Positions 35,198-46,040 of a stretch of DNA of 64,000 bases are shown one piece after another. Where the stretch lies: positions 1 to 64,000 of the IMG/VR virus record IMGVR_UViG_3300044641_010298, one strand, 5' to 3'. How positions within the stretch are numbered: the stretch's first letter is position 1; each line of letters opens with the position of its first letter. The stretch is from a virus. Below the pieces are notes generated by a model. It was not told the origin of the DNA. It saw nothing but the letters and a program-made list of their open reading frames with translations, and ran no database searches. The translations under genes were made by a program, and so were the position numbers.

Positions 35198-37992
35198 TGC
35201 AGGCCAAAGCTTCCCGTAACTCCAAATATGAGATTGTTTGGTCCAAACTTAGGAATATAACTAGGAAGAGTACCTCTATTTTTAGTCTGACCATCATCAG
35301 AAAAAGGAACTGAAGCTGTGCACTCAATGCTTAGATTGCTGCACTGTGTGAGTTCTCCGTCTACAACATTATCAGATGATGCACTCACAAAAGTTGCAAC
35401 TACAACACCCCTTGCAACTGTGTCTCTTCCCTTGACCTGTGTGACAAATTTTCCGTCTCTTGACTGCTCAAGCATGTCTCTGACTTGGCCGTATCTATCC
35501 CTTCTGTATACAACGCTTGGGCTTTGAATTCTTGGATTCATAAGACCATATCGAATAGATGCAGCTCCTGTGTAGTTTTTTCCATCTGCTCTACCGACAT
35601 CAACAGTTGGAATATCTCCGTTGTAATAGAGTGCAAACTTTGCAGCATCTCCAGAAACCGATGATGCAAATGTTGATCCCATCGTGTCATAAAACATTCT
35701 CAAGGATATATTTTTTATCCTATTCTGATTTCCTATGTTTTCATAGGTAAAACTTCTCTTTAGAAGCGTGTTGTTGGCTCTATTGTCATCGAAAGCAAAT
35801 CCGTTAGTGGCGTCCTCAATAATAAGAAGCCTGTTTGGATCCTGCGGTGCGGATGAAAATATTGGTCCAACCTGCGTGGTATTTGCGAGTCCACCAGATA
35901 TTACAGGAACAGGTGGAACAAAGGTGTCATAATAGATCTGTTCCTGACTTACCATTCTAACGTTTCTTTGAAGTGATCCAGTAATCCACCCCTCGCCTCT
36001 TGAGGCTCTAGCCACGCGCTTTCTTTCTCCGGATAAGAAGTCTCCGTAGAAAATGTTGTCAACGTAAGAACCAGAAAGAACCAGAGGATCAAAAATGTCA
36101 AACTGGTCAATAGGTCCAATCTCATGTATGTCTTCGTGTATCGCGTCTGATCCACCAATCTGATATGAAGATATATCAAATGCACGACCCCTGGCGATCA
36201 AAGACCCATAAAAGATGACACTTGTATTTCCAGGCCTGATCTCTAGTCGAGAACCTGTGACAGCAAGTATGTCATTGTCAATTCCATCGTATGACCTGCC
36301 AGGAGATAGCATATTGGAATTTGCACCAGACTCTATTCCAAAAATGATCTCGTCTTCGGGAAATATGATTGCAATTGTCTCTGAATTTGGATCATATTCT
36401 GAGACTGTTCCCACCTCAGTTCCAGAGGTAGAAAATCCGCTTCCTGAATCGATTACTTGGCTGGTTCCTTCCCAGAATGATGTAACCAGAGACCTTGGGC
36501 TCGCCTGCACAAACTGATCCAAGAAAAGAGATGGAATGCTTCCAGACCTTACATTCAAGTTCTCAGTTGTGCTAACTCTTCCAAAAGATCCTAAGCTTCC
36601 AGAGGCTCTCTGTCCTCCAGTCCAATAGTTCTGGATGAATACTGATCCAGTTACTTTGCTTCCTCCTGAAGCTGCATCACAGGCATACTTTGATGTCGTT
36701 CCAAAAACACTATTGAAAGTGAGAGGCCTAAAATTTAGATTTATGTTAAAATCTTGCTGGACCTCAACAGGCACACCACTTGACGAGGCTATGTTGTGCG
36801 ACATAGAAAATGGTGCAGCAAAACCATAGCTATGAATTGGTGTCAATCCGCCCGATACTATATCTAACGTAGGAGAATTGTAGAAACAAAACGACTCTTT
36901 TGCAATCAGATATCTGATACTACTTGATATGTCTTGCTTAGAGTCGTTATCTGCGCTTGATCGATTCTGGACGTAGACGAAAAAGACATAGTTGTCAATG
37001 TCCCTGCCGAATCCAAGATCCATTGTTTCTCCGGATCCTGTCGGAGGCATCTGAGTTCTTCTGACCCTTACTGGAATATCGACAGATATTCTATCGACAG
37101 CAAGAGCAAAATCAGAATAATCTAACATCTTAAATGTTTCATTGGTCCTAGCGTGATATCTTGGCGAATGAGGTGCACCAAAAACAGATGTTGGCTCTCC
37201 TATGGTGTGATATCCTCTTGCGCGAAGTGCGCTTGCATCCTCAGGAACGTAATACGGTCCTTCTGAAGTTATGCTGTATGGACTGCTAGAAAACTGAGAA
37301 AGGTAACTATTGTTGTTCTGTGTCAGCTGAAACTGTCCAGCTACTGCAGGTGCTGCAGAAACTGAAAGTGATGGGTCATAATTAATTATAGAATTTCCAG
37401 TTTCGGGATCTCTTGCAGCAACATCTATCCAGTTTCTGCTCGAAGGGTTGTAATATACGAAACCAGATCGCTGGGTCAGATAGAGCGGACCAGACGGATC
37501 TCTTGCTGATTGTGCTCTATTGAGCTTTGTTAATTCAATTGCATTTTGAGTTGGCATGATAAAATTTACTGAAACCTTATCATTTGCCCGGGCAGAAAAT
37601 CCAGGATAAACTGACTCAGGAAATCCTTCAATATCTGATCCTGACTTGTAAGCTATTGGACCAGCTCCTGTTGACTCTCTATACAAGAAGAATGTAGATC
37701 TCTCTGTAACAACTGCTCTATCCTGATATGAGTTTCTATCCTTGATGCTAGCAGTAACTCTCAATGATCCCGTGAAGAACCCTGAACTTCTTGCACGAGT
37801 CGGAGTAAGCATGTAAGGAGCAGATACAACTTGATTGTCTTCAAATATTAGTGTCGTAGCGTCATCATAGGGCTTAAGAAAGCTTTCTAGATCTTTCTGG
37901 CCAGATATTCTCTGAATTGGTGGAAAGATATTCTTATTGTCAAGATCTCTGATATATGCTCTCGGTGAAACATTTAAAAATCTGCTACTCAT
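35194..37992 (-). CDS. Putative tail/baseplate structural protein, [ST][GA]S-rich
   Basis: 932 aa; C-terminal YGLMN...VYRRDRYGQVRDMLEQ...SNLSIECTASVPF. Confidence 0.7.
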   Translation of the reverse strand: MSSRFLNVSPRAYIRDLDNKNIFPPIQRISGQKDLESFLKPYDDATTLIFEDNQVVSAPYMLTPTRARSSGFFTGSLRVTASIKDRNSYQDRAVVTERSTFFLYRESTGAGPIAYKSGSDIEGFPESVYPGFSARANDKVSVNFIMPTQNAIELTKLNRAQSARDPSGPLYLTQRSGFVYYNPSSRNWIDVAARDPETGNSIINYDPSLSVSAAPAVAGQFQLTQNNNSYLSQFSSSPYSITSEGPYYVPEDASALRARGYHTIGEPTSVFGAPHSPRYHARTNETFKMLDYSDFALAVDRISVDIPVRVRRTQMPPTGSGETMDLGFGRDIDNYVFFVYVQNRSSADNDSKQDISSSIRYLIAKESFCFYNSPTLDIVSGGLTPIHSYGFAAPFSMSHNIASSSGVPVEVQQDFNINLNFRPLTFNSVFGTTSKYACDAASGGSKVTGSVFIQNYWTGGQRASGSLGSFGRVSTTENLNVRSGSIPSLFLDQFVQASPRSLVTSFWEGTSQVIDSGSGFSTSGTEVGTVSEYDPNSETIAIIFPEDEIIFGIESGANSNMLSPGRSYDGIDNDILAVTGSRLEIRPGNTSVIFYGSLIARGRAFDISSYQIGGSDAIHEDIHEIGPIDQFDIFDPLVLSGSYVDNIFYGDFLSGERKRVARASRGEGWITGSLQRNVRMVSQEQIYYDTFVPPVPVISGGLANTTQVGPIFSSAPQDPNRLLIIEDATNGFAFDDNRANNTLLKRSFTYENIGNQNRIKNISLRMFYDTMGSTFASSVSGDAAKFALYYNGDIPTVDVGRADGKNYTGAASIRYGLMNPRIQSPSVVYRRDRYGQVRDMLEQSRDGKFVTQVKGRDTVARGVVVATFVSASSDNVVDGELTQCSNLSIECTASVPFSDDGQTKNRGTLPSYIPKFGPNNLIFGVTGSFGLQ

Positions 37993-38699
37993 CTTAGAAG
38001 TCCTGCAAATGCAATTGAATCTGTTCCAAACACGGAAGAGTACAAGGTAGTGCCAAATGCACCAGTCTCATATTCAGAATCATAGTCACCTGTATCAATT
38101 GTATACCCGAGGCTGCTAGTCAAGGGCATGTCAACAAAAATATCAGTTACAGACTGTTTTGTTCCATAAAATCCTTCTCTTGATATTCCTAGCTCAGATG
38201 CGCCTCCATCAAGAAATGGGTCATAAGAAACACCAGTACTAATTCCGTCTATAGATTCCTTTGAAACTTTTGGTCCTCTTGTTTTTTGAGGAATTTCTTC
38301 GTTTACAACATAGCCTCGCGGCCTTATTTCAAAAATTGTAATCTTTCCATCTGTGCTAGTCTCTGACTCAAAATCAAGAGTCTGACCTCGAATTATTTCT
38401 CCAGAGACTAGAACCTGCTCTGCTGTCTTTCTTTCTACTTGGTCTGTAAAAGAAGTTATGTCAAGAACATCAATTAGCTGACCTAGATTAACAGGCTTAA
38501 CCTCCTGGTCAATCATTCCATCGCTTGACATTTCAGCCCACTGCCCAGAAGATATGAATAGAGAATTTTTTCTCTTGTTCATATCTCTTCCTTGCCTTAT
38601 CTCAACACCGTATCCTGTTTTGCTAGGCTGGAATGTCGGTGCTGTGGTTGTAGGTGCGGGAAGTTGCTTAAATTGTCCTACGTCATAAAAGGGTTTCAT
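37989..38699 (-). CDS. Putative structural protein
   Basis: 236 aa, C-terminal GTDSIAFAGLLR, ATGA-coupled. Confidence 0.7.
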   Translation of the reverse strand: MKPFYDVGQFKQLPAPTTTAPTFQPSKTGYGVEIRQGRDMNKRKNSLFISSGQWAEMSSDGMIDQEVKPVNLGQLIDVLDITSFTDQVERKTAEQVLVSGEIIRGQTLDFESETSTDGKITIFEIRPRGYVVNEEIPQKTRGPKVSKESIDGISTGVSYDPFLDGGASELGISREGFYGTKQSVTDIFVDMPLTSSLGYTIDTGDYDSEYETGAFGTTLYSSVFGTDSIAFAGLLR

Positions 38700-38701
38700 C
38701 T

Positions 38702-41700
38702 TTAGACAGTTCCATCAGCTGGTTCGTAAAATCCAAATGCTTCAGAGTATTTTGCGTAGTCTCCGTCCATGTTTGTTGTCATGAATGATTCTTGAGAGTA
38801 GTATTTAATCTTTCCTCTTTCGAGAACATGAGGCTCAATTATGTAATTTATTCCTAAAAATTTTGTTCTCTTAGGGAGAATTGATTCAACTAGATCGGTC
38901 AATGCAACATCGACCCAGCGAAATACATCATAAGTTCTAGCAAGATCAATCTTTCCTGTTAATCTATTGAAATAAACAGTAGAAAAGTGATCAATCTTAG
39001 AGTATGAATCATTAAACATCTCAATTGGATTTCCGAGAGAATCCTCAATGTACTGAGTTGTCCCAACAGTTGTCATAATATCTTCATTTAAAGCTTTGAC
39101 AGCACTATGCTCTATTGAAAATCTTACATCATCAACAATCTCGCTAACGTCATAAATTTCATAGACAGGTCCAGAAATTGTAAGACTTGAATCTGTTTGC
39201 GTTGGCACATCGAGCCCTCTGACTCTAACCTTGTTGGAGACCTGCTGTAGATCAAATCTTGGAGATATTCTATCAACTGAGGCTAGATATGGAACGATAA
39301 CACGTTCTCCCGATCTGAATCCAGACCCTGATAGGTGTAGGCTATTTTGGCTGAAATCGAATATTCTTATATTTCCTGCGCTATCAGAGGATGTAGTTGC
39401 CTGGTCACATGATGCATCAATTCTCATTCTCTGGAAGGCACCTGTCTGCACAAGATCAAACCCTAGACTGATCTCCGGATTGCTGGTGCCTATGCTTGCA
39501 AAATTTCTTGCATGTTCGATGAAAGAAGAATCATCTAGTCTCGAAGAGAAGAACTTAATGTGTGAAACTTTTCCAGTAAAATTTGAATACAAAAAGTCTG
39601 GCTCGCTATTCAAGAGACGTGTAGATGCGTCTATGCTCTGCGACCCCACGATAATTTGAGATCCCGATGCGTTGTATGAAGAGTCTATGCCCTGGAAGGC
39701 GCTATTGCTGTATCCAGTTGAAACTTCAGTGTAATAAGAAGAAGTTGAGAAATAATTTGCCTGATTTCCAACCTGTCTTGCACACTTTAGGGTGTATAGT
39801 GAGGCACTCAATCCAATTTCGTCGTTCCTTGCTCTCTCTAGGCCAACAGTCCACCTCTCTCCATCAAAAATATTTACACCTGTCAAGAAAAGAATCATCG
39901 AAGCAGGAGCTACTCCAGATGCTTCCATTGAAGGCTTAAGCCCGAGCCTTAGAGTCCCTGATCCCTGTGTACCCTGTACGTAGATTATATTTGCATAAAG
40001 CGAACTATTTAGAGCGCTTCCGGTACCTGCGAGCCTCATGAGGCTCTGAGACATCGGGTGATTTAAACTCTTGTCAAAAACATAGGAGGCTTCGACAAAG
40101 AACGACCCTGATGTCATCAGTCCGTCATTTGGATTGTTAGATATACCATGAGGCGGAAAAGCAGCTGTATTTACAAAAGAGCCGCCTATCTCAGGAAATC
40201 CTTTTTCTACTCTGGATGCAGACAAAAAAGTACTTACAATCCGTGGAGAATCTGTCCTAAATCCGGGATAAGAAATTGACCCGGATGGAGTAGTGAGACT
40301 TCCTGAGAAGTTGACCATTGATGTTACTTCAATTGTTTGATCTCTAAGATCTGCAAGTCTAGCTTCTCCAGACATTCCATACTCTCTAATGGTAAAGAAG
40401 TTCTCAGGAACTATTCCTGACGATAGCATAATTGACCTTACTGCTGATTTTGTTCCTTTTGCAGAATTAACGTAAGACATGTTTGAAATAATTCTACGCC
40501 AGAGATCATCTCGAAGAGATCGAAGCGTATAAGTTGTTAACTCATCATCGTTGACATTGTTTCCAAATGAAAATTGCTCTGTAGTTGACTTTGCAAAGAA
40601 GTTTGGAAGATCTATTCCAAAATAGTCGGCTGCATATTTGATCATCTGGCTGTTTATCTTCTCTTCTTCTCCTAGCTCAACAGCCAGAAGATTAGACATG
40701 CTGTCAATAAACTGCTTGATCTCATCAACCTGTATGGACATCAAAGAGAGAGTAGAAAGGAGGGGAGAAGATCTTGGCATCTCTCCAGTTCCTGGAATAG
40801 AATCTAGTTCAGGAAATTCACCAATTCCTGAATCAAATCTGGATAAGCCGCTTGCGATAGCACTTTCCTGCAAATAGTGAGCCGGCACAAAATTTGTTAC
40901 AATATTTGGATTCTCTTCATCGTAATCTGAGGCACTCGTGATCAGATTATTAATCTCTGTTTGAAAACTAGAAAAATCAGGATAGAGAACTGGACTATAA
41001 TATGGGTTCTGATTTGAAAGTGGGACTCCGATAGAGCTTGTCATACGAAGGTGCTGTGAGAAATTTAAAATTTCAGAATGAAGACATTCTCCAGAATAGT
41101 CTAGTGCTACATTATTCATGTCATACGAACCGCTTGGTTCATCAAATCTAAAATAAAGCTTTAAGCTAGAGGTAGAAAAAATCTGACAATTTTTGTATTT
41201 CTCAATATTTTCTTCAGTTCTCTGGTCTGTAAAAAATCTCAATTCATCAATTGCGCCGCTCAGGGTTTGTCTGGGAAAAAATCTGTAGTCAAATATCTCG
41301 TGTAGACTTCCGCTTCCTATAAAAAGACTTGAAGTGTCAAAACTAAGTGATCCAAAATCCTGGTAATCAGATGATGAACCTACAAGATTTTGATCAACAA
41401 ATATTTTTGCTCTTTTTCCTCCATCTTCATCAAACAGACAAGCTCTGACGTGTGAAAAATTTCCCTTTGAGAAAGTTCCAGATGCTATCACGTATGAATC
41501 AGAAGCTGAGGAGACAAGAAATAGAATTCTACAGTCAGACGTTGAAGCTGATTGTGAGATAGCAAGCGTGTATCCCGCAGAGCCTTGCAGTCTCTGAACA
41601 ATAACCTGATTATCGTTTGAAATAGGGGGAACATAAAGATGTGCCTCTATCTCAAAGGGACTTTGCCCAATAACAATTGCTGCTTCTCCGCTTGCGCCAG

Positions 41701-42157
41701 GTGCTTCCGGAAAACTATAGCCCTTGTATGGCTTTACCTCGATGTATGTACCACCTGTCCGTTCAGTTACTTGAGTTCCAGAGAAAAAAAGATATCCTAT
41801 ATTCTTTGGAACACTATCAAAAATGTACTTCTCAAATCCTGTAAGTCTAAAGAGGAATTCATCTATTTCTGCACCAGATCCTGTATATGGGTACTCATTT
41901 ATCGACTTGTACAGAGCAACATCCAGCTTTGACCGGGCAGGAGAAAAGAAAGTGTGATTGCTAAATTTAGAAAAGTCTAATGAAAGCTGCTGTGTAGACT
42001 TAAATCCTGCAAGATATGAGTCTATCACAAAGTTGTTATCAGAGACATCGTGGTCAGCTAGTGCTGAATTACTTATGCCCCTTCTAACAGCATTTGTAGT
42101 TGTCTGGCTTTTTCTTCCTCTAAAAAGAGGAGGACGCGTTCTTAAACGAGGCATCAC
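38702..42157 (-). CDS. Baseplate wedge protein (gp7/P2 gpI-like segment) with LamG domains
   Basis: LamG pattern SLFIG...SGAIDELRFF...LKLYFRFDE; WRRIISNM...SAKGTKSAVRSIM resembles the wedge KGT motif. Confidence 0.65.
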   Translation of the reverse strand: MMPRLRTRPPLFRGRKSQTTTNAVRRGISNSALADHDVSDNNFVIDSYLAGFKSTQQLSLDFSKFSNHTFFSPARSKLDVALYKSINEYPYTGSGAEIDEFLFRLTGFEKYIFDSVPKNIGYLFFSGTQVTERTGGTYIEVKPYKGYSFPEAPGASGEAAIVIGQSPFEIEAHLYVPPISNDNQVIVQRLQGSAGYTLAISQSASTSDCRILFLVSSASDSYVIASGTFSKGNFSHVRACLFDEDGGKRAKIFVDQNLVGSSSDYQDFGSLSFDTSSLFIGSGSLHEIFDYRFFPRQTLSGAIDELRFFTDQRTEENIEKYKNCQIFSTSSLKLYFRFDEPSGSYDMNNVALDYSGECLHSEILNFSQHLRMTSSIGVPLSNQNPYYSPVLYPDFSSFQTEINNLITSASDYDEENPNIVTNFVPAHYLQESAIASGLSRFDSGIGEFPELDSIPGTGEMPRSSPLLSTLSLMSIQVDEIKQFIDSMSNLLAVELGEEEKINSQMIKYAADYFGIDLPNFFAKSTTEQFSFGNNVNDDELTTYTLRSLRDDLWRRIISNMSYVNSAKGTKSAVRSIMLSSGIVPENFFTIREYGMSGEARLADLRDQTIEVTSMVNFSGSLTTPSGSISYPGFRTDSPRIVSTFLSASRVEKGFPEIGGSFVNTAAFPPHGISNNPNDGLMTSGSFFVEASYVFDKSLNHPMSQSLMRLAGTGSALNSSLYANIIYVQGTQGSGTLRLGLKPSMEASGVAPASMILFLTGVNIFDGERWTVGLERARNDEIGLSASLYTLKCARQVGNQANYFSTSSYYTEVSTGYSNSAFQGIDSSYNASGSQIIVGSQSIDASTRLLNSEPDFLYSNFTGKVSHIKFFSSRLDDSSFIEHARNFASIGTSNPEISLGFDLVQTGAFQRMRIDASCDQATTSSDSAGNIRIFDFSQNSLHLSGSGFRSGERVIVPYLASVDRISPRFDLQQVSNKVRVRGLDVPTQTDSSLTISGPVYEIYDVSEIVDDVRFSIEHSAVKALNEDIMTTVGTTQYIEDSLGNPIEMFNDSYSKIDHFSTVYFNRLTGKIDLARTYDVFRWVDVALTDLVESILPKRTKFLGINYIIEPHVLERGKIKYYSQESFMTTNMDGDYAKYSEAFGFYEPADGTV

Positions 42158-43668
42158 TCCACCCTGAATTTGGCGGCAACATCATTGATTATGATCTCTT
42201 GCCCTTTATTAACTATCTTGAAGTCAAATGTATATGTTCTACCTTTTGGCAAAGCTGACATATAAAGATCAAAATAGTGTGAAGTTGAGTCATTGGATGT
42301 TTGCGTGCCAGGAACGTGGAATGGAATAATCACATCGTCGCTTTCAAAATCTCTAACTCTATAGTAGCAGCTATCAACAATGACCCCTGTATTCTCAAGC
42401 GGAGTCTTTACCGTAATTACGTTTTTTGTGAAATTTTCGATAAATAATCTAAATCTGAATTTTTCAGTTGTCTTGTATGTCGAACGCATGTTAGTAATGT
42501 TGACGAAATATCTCTCTGGATTTTGCTGAAAATATGTTGTTTCTCTGCCGTCTATGCTTAGGGCACCTGTGGCAAATTGAACTGTTTGATCGGGCGAGAG
42601 CCACTTTACGCCAAATTCAAGTCCAGTCGCACTAGTGCCGGTGAGATATGCTCTTATATCGGAATCAAAAGAGTTTACCAAGAATGATGACTTATAAATT
42701 CCTGTAATTGGAATGTTTCCAATCTTGTATTGTGATCCTGAGAAAACTTTTGTGATACTGCCAGATTGCAACTTAACCACAACGCAATTATCTCCCACAA
42801 GCTGTGTCAAGCTTGATCCAGATACGAGATTTGATGCGACTCCTCTTGAAAAAGAGTTTAGAAATATTGATCCAGTTGTATTAAATTCAAATATCTGCGT
42901 CTTGTCAGATATAACGTCATTGTATGTGACAATTAACTTTGGTCTTTTGGCAGTATTAGTTGTGTTTCTTGATGCAAATCTCTTTACAAATCTAGACTTG
43001 GTATCAGATTCCTGGTCAGAGATAAAGGATACTCTGAATCCGGAATTTGAAATAAAACCCGCGAGAACACCTGAGACTATTTTTGTCACATTTACATTCA
43101 AGTCTTCCTGGCCTGTTGAAAAGGATTGAACTGATGAAAAGTTGACAATTCCTTTTCCGTCGTTTAGATTTCCAGATGTTATTATATCAATATCGTCGCT
43201 TCCAAGCAGCCCGCCTGCATTTGCACCCGATGCAGACCATGTCACGACTGTTCCTGAAACAGAAGCAGTAATGAAATTTGTTACATCAATGTCTTCAAAT
43301 CTTACAACATCTCTTCCTGTTCCTTCATCAAAGCTCTTTGAAAGGGGATATACGACTAGAGAAAAATTAGTCGGTGTCGTCTGTCCTCCGAAGACATCAT
43401 GCAAATACAGGCTGCATGTAAAGTCATTTGAATTTATATCAAACTCTCCTAGCGTCATTGAAGAGCTTAAATCTGAAAGATCAAAATGAAGAAGACCTCT
43501 GCTTATCTCAATTGGGCTTGTCTCACCGGAAAATGTACTTTCATCATATAGCTTAAAAATATCAATCGTTCCTGCCTGACCAGTATTGGAGTCAGTTGCC
43601 CGCAATGTATTTGATATTATCTTGTTTGTTATGTAAGCATCCTTGTCGGCCTGAATTATTCTGTACAT
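42154..43668 (-). CDS. Putative baseplate-associated structural protein
   Basis: ADKDAYIT...SRGLLHFDLS...FDEGTG...RPKLIVTY pattern, directly after gp6. Confidence 0.65.
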   Translation of the reverse strand: MYRIIQADKDAYITNKIISNTLRATDSNTGQAGTIDIFKLYDESTFSGETSPIEISRGLLHFDLSDLSSSMTLGEFDINSNDFTCSLYLHDVFGGQTTPTNFSLVVYPLSKSFDEGTGRDVVRFEDIDVTNFITASVSGTVVTWSASGANAGGLLGSDDIDIITSGNLNDGKGIVNFSSVQSFSTGQEDLNVNVTKIVSGVLAGFISNSGFRVSFISDQESDTKSRFVKRFASRNTTNTAKRPKLIVTYNDVISDKTQIFEFNTTGSIFLNSFSRGVASNLVSGSSLTQLVGDNCVVVKLQSGSITKVFSGSQYKIGNIPITGIYKSSFLVNSFDSDIRAYLTGTSATGLEFGVKWLSPDQTVQFATGALSIDGRETTYFQQNPERYFVNITNMRSTYKTTEKFRFRLFIENFTKNVITVKTPLENTGVIVDSCYYRVRDFESDDVIIPFHVPGTQTSNDSTSHYFDLYMSALPKGRTYTFDFKIVNKGQEIIINDVAAKFRVE

Positions 43669-43676
43669 AGTCTCTC

Positions 43677-45527
43677 CTAGATTGCGTTTCCAATGATGTC
43701 TGTATCTGGATATTTGACTTCAAATATTCCACCAGTAGGCGGAAAGAAAACGCCCCTATTTATTGATCTAGCTGGGCTAATCGAAAAAGATGAATAACTC
43801 CTTTCGTCAACATCTCCTGTCAGGCTAGAAAAGCTGTAGCTATCTAGTCCTATAACTCCATCTTGATTGAGTATTAGATTTATTAAATCTGAGACTCTTA
43901 TTCCTCCATCGATTTGCATGTTTTTTATGTCAAGGTAGTCTTTGAGGGCATTATTTATTTTTGTTATTATTCCTGATTTATCCTCTCTATCGTCAATTAT
44001 AACTGTGTAATTAAATCCAATATTTATGATCTTGGAATCAAGGACATCAAATGAATCAGATATCACTCTGAACTCATTTATGTAAGTTGAAATATTTCTC
44101 TTTAGAGTGTCCGGAGATTGTGTGAGATATCCATCTGCATCTCTGCTAATCACAAACAAAAGTGAAGAAAGTGGATTAACTGGGTTTGGCTGTATGCCTA
44201 CCCTAAATGCCCTACCAAAATTAGTTGGCATTAAGAATATTCTTGCTATCAAGTCTTCTTTTGAAATCACTCTATTTTGAGAATTTCTTACACTAAGAGC
44301 AATACTTCTTAGATCTTCAAGCGTAGGTGCATCTTCACCACCTTGCGCAGAAGACAGATTGTTAATCAACAGAGACGACCTAACACTAGCAACTTTTGAA
44401 GGAGTAATTCCGTCTTTGAAGTGGGTCAGCAAGTTACTAACCGACCTTATGGTGTTTGATGAAACGTTGTGAGATACACCACCTCCGTGTCTATACCTTG
44501 TTCTAATAGTGGTATTCATGGGAGTAACTCCCATGCTCTTTGATCCAAGCAATGAATTTGGATCAATTGAAACACGAGAAAATACTCTCTTGTCACCGTA
44601 AAGAGGAAGAGATACTTCGCTCGGATCCGGAAGTATATCATCATCTAGTGTGTCTGCAGCTCCCGATCCAAAGACAATAGTAACATTTCCAGAATCAGCA
44701 TCTGACCTTGTAATAAATCTATAAGGGGCCGGAACAACAGCAAGCGCATCATCGACTGCATCTGTATCTGAGTTGTTATTTTCAACTGCCTTGAATACTG
44801 TGTCCTGTGACAAAGCATCAACTTCATAATACTCATTCCCGTCAGAATCTCTAACCAGCAATATTTCGCTTACATTAGAATTTGACAGAGAGATTGTCTT
44901 GAATGGTGTAGCATCAGGACCAAACGTAAATTGCTCTTCAGTTATATCGCCAGATGACATCAGCCCTGTTCTGGTGACCGAATATGTTAGCGGATTTCCT
45001 GTTGAATCTGTGCTAGATATTGTGTAGGTTGCTTTGTAATTTCCAAAAGAATCCAATTCTGAAAAATCAATATCGTCCAGAAGTGTGAAAGAAATTCCAG
45101 TATTGGATGTTGCTCTTGTTCCCGCTTTTATAGTGGGCAATTGTCCGTTATTTGGAAGATATCCCGCTGTTGAAAGCTGTGCATCAACTGTTATAGTAAA
45201 ATCAACATCACAAAATGCTGGTGACGCACCCTTTATTTTCACACCTGCGAGTCGTATGAGTCTCTCGACGTTTCTTCTCTCTACTGCAGTATCAAGGCTA
45301 AGCTCATTAAATTGATGGTCCATATAGAAAGATGTGATATCTCCAATGTAAGCGACTAGGTCAATAAGCATTCCTCCGACAGACGCTTCTGAGAAGTCTT
45401 GAATCTTGTCAGGAAAGTATATCTTTGCGTACTGCAAGAGTTCAGCTCGAAGGCTGTTAAAATCCTTTGCAAGATAGTTTCTTTGTCTTTTTTGCTTCAG
45501 ATTTTTCTTTACGTCTGTCAGTGACAT
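43677..45527 (-). CDS. gp6: Baseplate wedge subunit, T4 gp6 / baseplate J-like
   Basis: YLAKDFNSLR...DFSEASVGGMLIDLVAYIGDITSFYMD, IVFGSG, GGEDAPTLEDLR, QNRVISKED. Confidence 0.9.
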   Translation of the reverse strand: MSLTDVKKNLKQKRQRNYLAKDFNSLRAELLQYAKIYFPDKIQDFSEASVGGMLIDLVAYIGDITSFYMDHQFNELSLDTAVERRNVERLIRLAGVKIKGASPAFCDVDFTITVDAQLSTAGYLPNNGQLPTIKAGTRATSNTGISFTLLDDIDFSELDSFGNYKATYTISSTDSTGNPLTYSVTRTGLMSSGDITEEQFTFGPDATPFKTISLSNSNVSEILLVRDSDGNEYYEVDALSQDTVFKAVENNNSDTDAVDDALAVVPAPYRFITRSDADSGNVTIVFGSGAADTLDDDILPDPSEVSLPLYGDKRVFSRVSIDPNSLLGSKSMGVTPMNTTIRTRYRHGGGVSHNVSSNTIRSVSNLLTHFKDGITPSKVASVRSSLLINNLSSAQGGEDAPTLEDLRSIALSVRNSQNRVISKEDLIARIFLMPTNFGRAFRVGIQPNPVNPLSSLLFVISRDADGYLTQSPDTLKRNISTYINEFRVISDSFDVLDSKIINIGFNYTVIIDDREDKSGIITKINNALKDYLDIKNMQIDGGIRVSDLINLILNQDGVIGLDSYSFSSLTGDVDERSYSSFSISPARSINRGVFFPPTGGIFEVKYPDTDIIGNAI

Positions 45528-45530
45528 TTT

Positions 45531-46001
45531 TTATCCGATGTTTGTGACAATAATTTCTACTGTTTTCTGGCTGGTGGATGCTCTAGGTATAGAGAATCTA
45601 ACCCGTATTCTTATCTTTGAAACACCATTTTGATCAGTTTGCAAGGCTTGTGTCTCAAAATCATCAAGGCTGATGTACGGCATGTATCTTTCTGTCGTTT
45701 GCTTGACTAGAGACATTGCTCTTTCATCGTAATCAGGTAACGCCAGCCTTTCTGTCAAGAGAGATCTTAGATTTGCACCAAAATCAAATAGAGGCACCCT
45801 CTCTCCGTGATTTGTTAGAAGCATATTTCTAAAATTATCAACCATCTGGTCGATGGCCGCGCTAGACATTTCAAAGGGACCTCCAAGCTTTCCAGAAAGA
45901 ACAATCGGCGTCAATATTCCTACGGGTCGAATCTGCGCAGGCTGTACACTCCTGGGGTTATTTGATAAGTCTCCAACACTCTTAAAGCTTATTGCTGCCA
46001 T
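45531..46001 (-). CDS. gp25: Baseplate wedge/sheath-initiator protein, gp25-like
   Basis: NMLLTNHGERVPLFDFGANLRSLL...YMPYI. Confidence 0.9.
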   Translation of the reverse strand: MAAISFKSVGDLSNNPRSVQPAQIRPVGILTPIVLSGKLGGPFEMSSAAIDQMVDNFRNMLLTNHGERVPLFDFGANLRSLLTERLALPDYDERAMSLVKQTTERYMPYISLDDFETQALQTDQNGVSKIRIRVRFSIPRASTSQKTVEIIVTNIG

Positions 46002-46006
46002 GTTGA

Positions 46007-46013
46007 TAACTAT
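46007..46013 (-). promoter_or_regulatory. Candidate late promoter ATAGTTA, 5 nt before the gp25 ATG (probably leaderless)
   Basis: Recurrent motif; no SD between motif and start codon. Confidence 0.55.
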
Positions 46014-46040
46014 TTGAGTATGATGCAGTCATCGATTGTT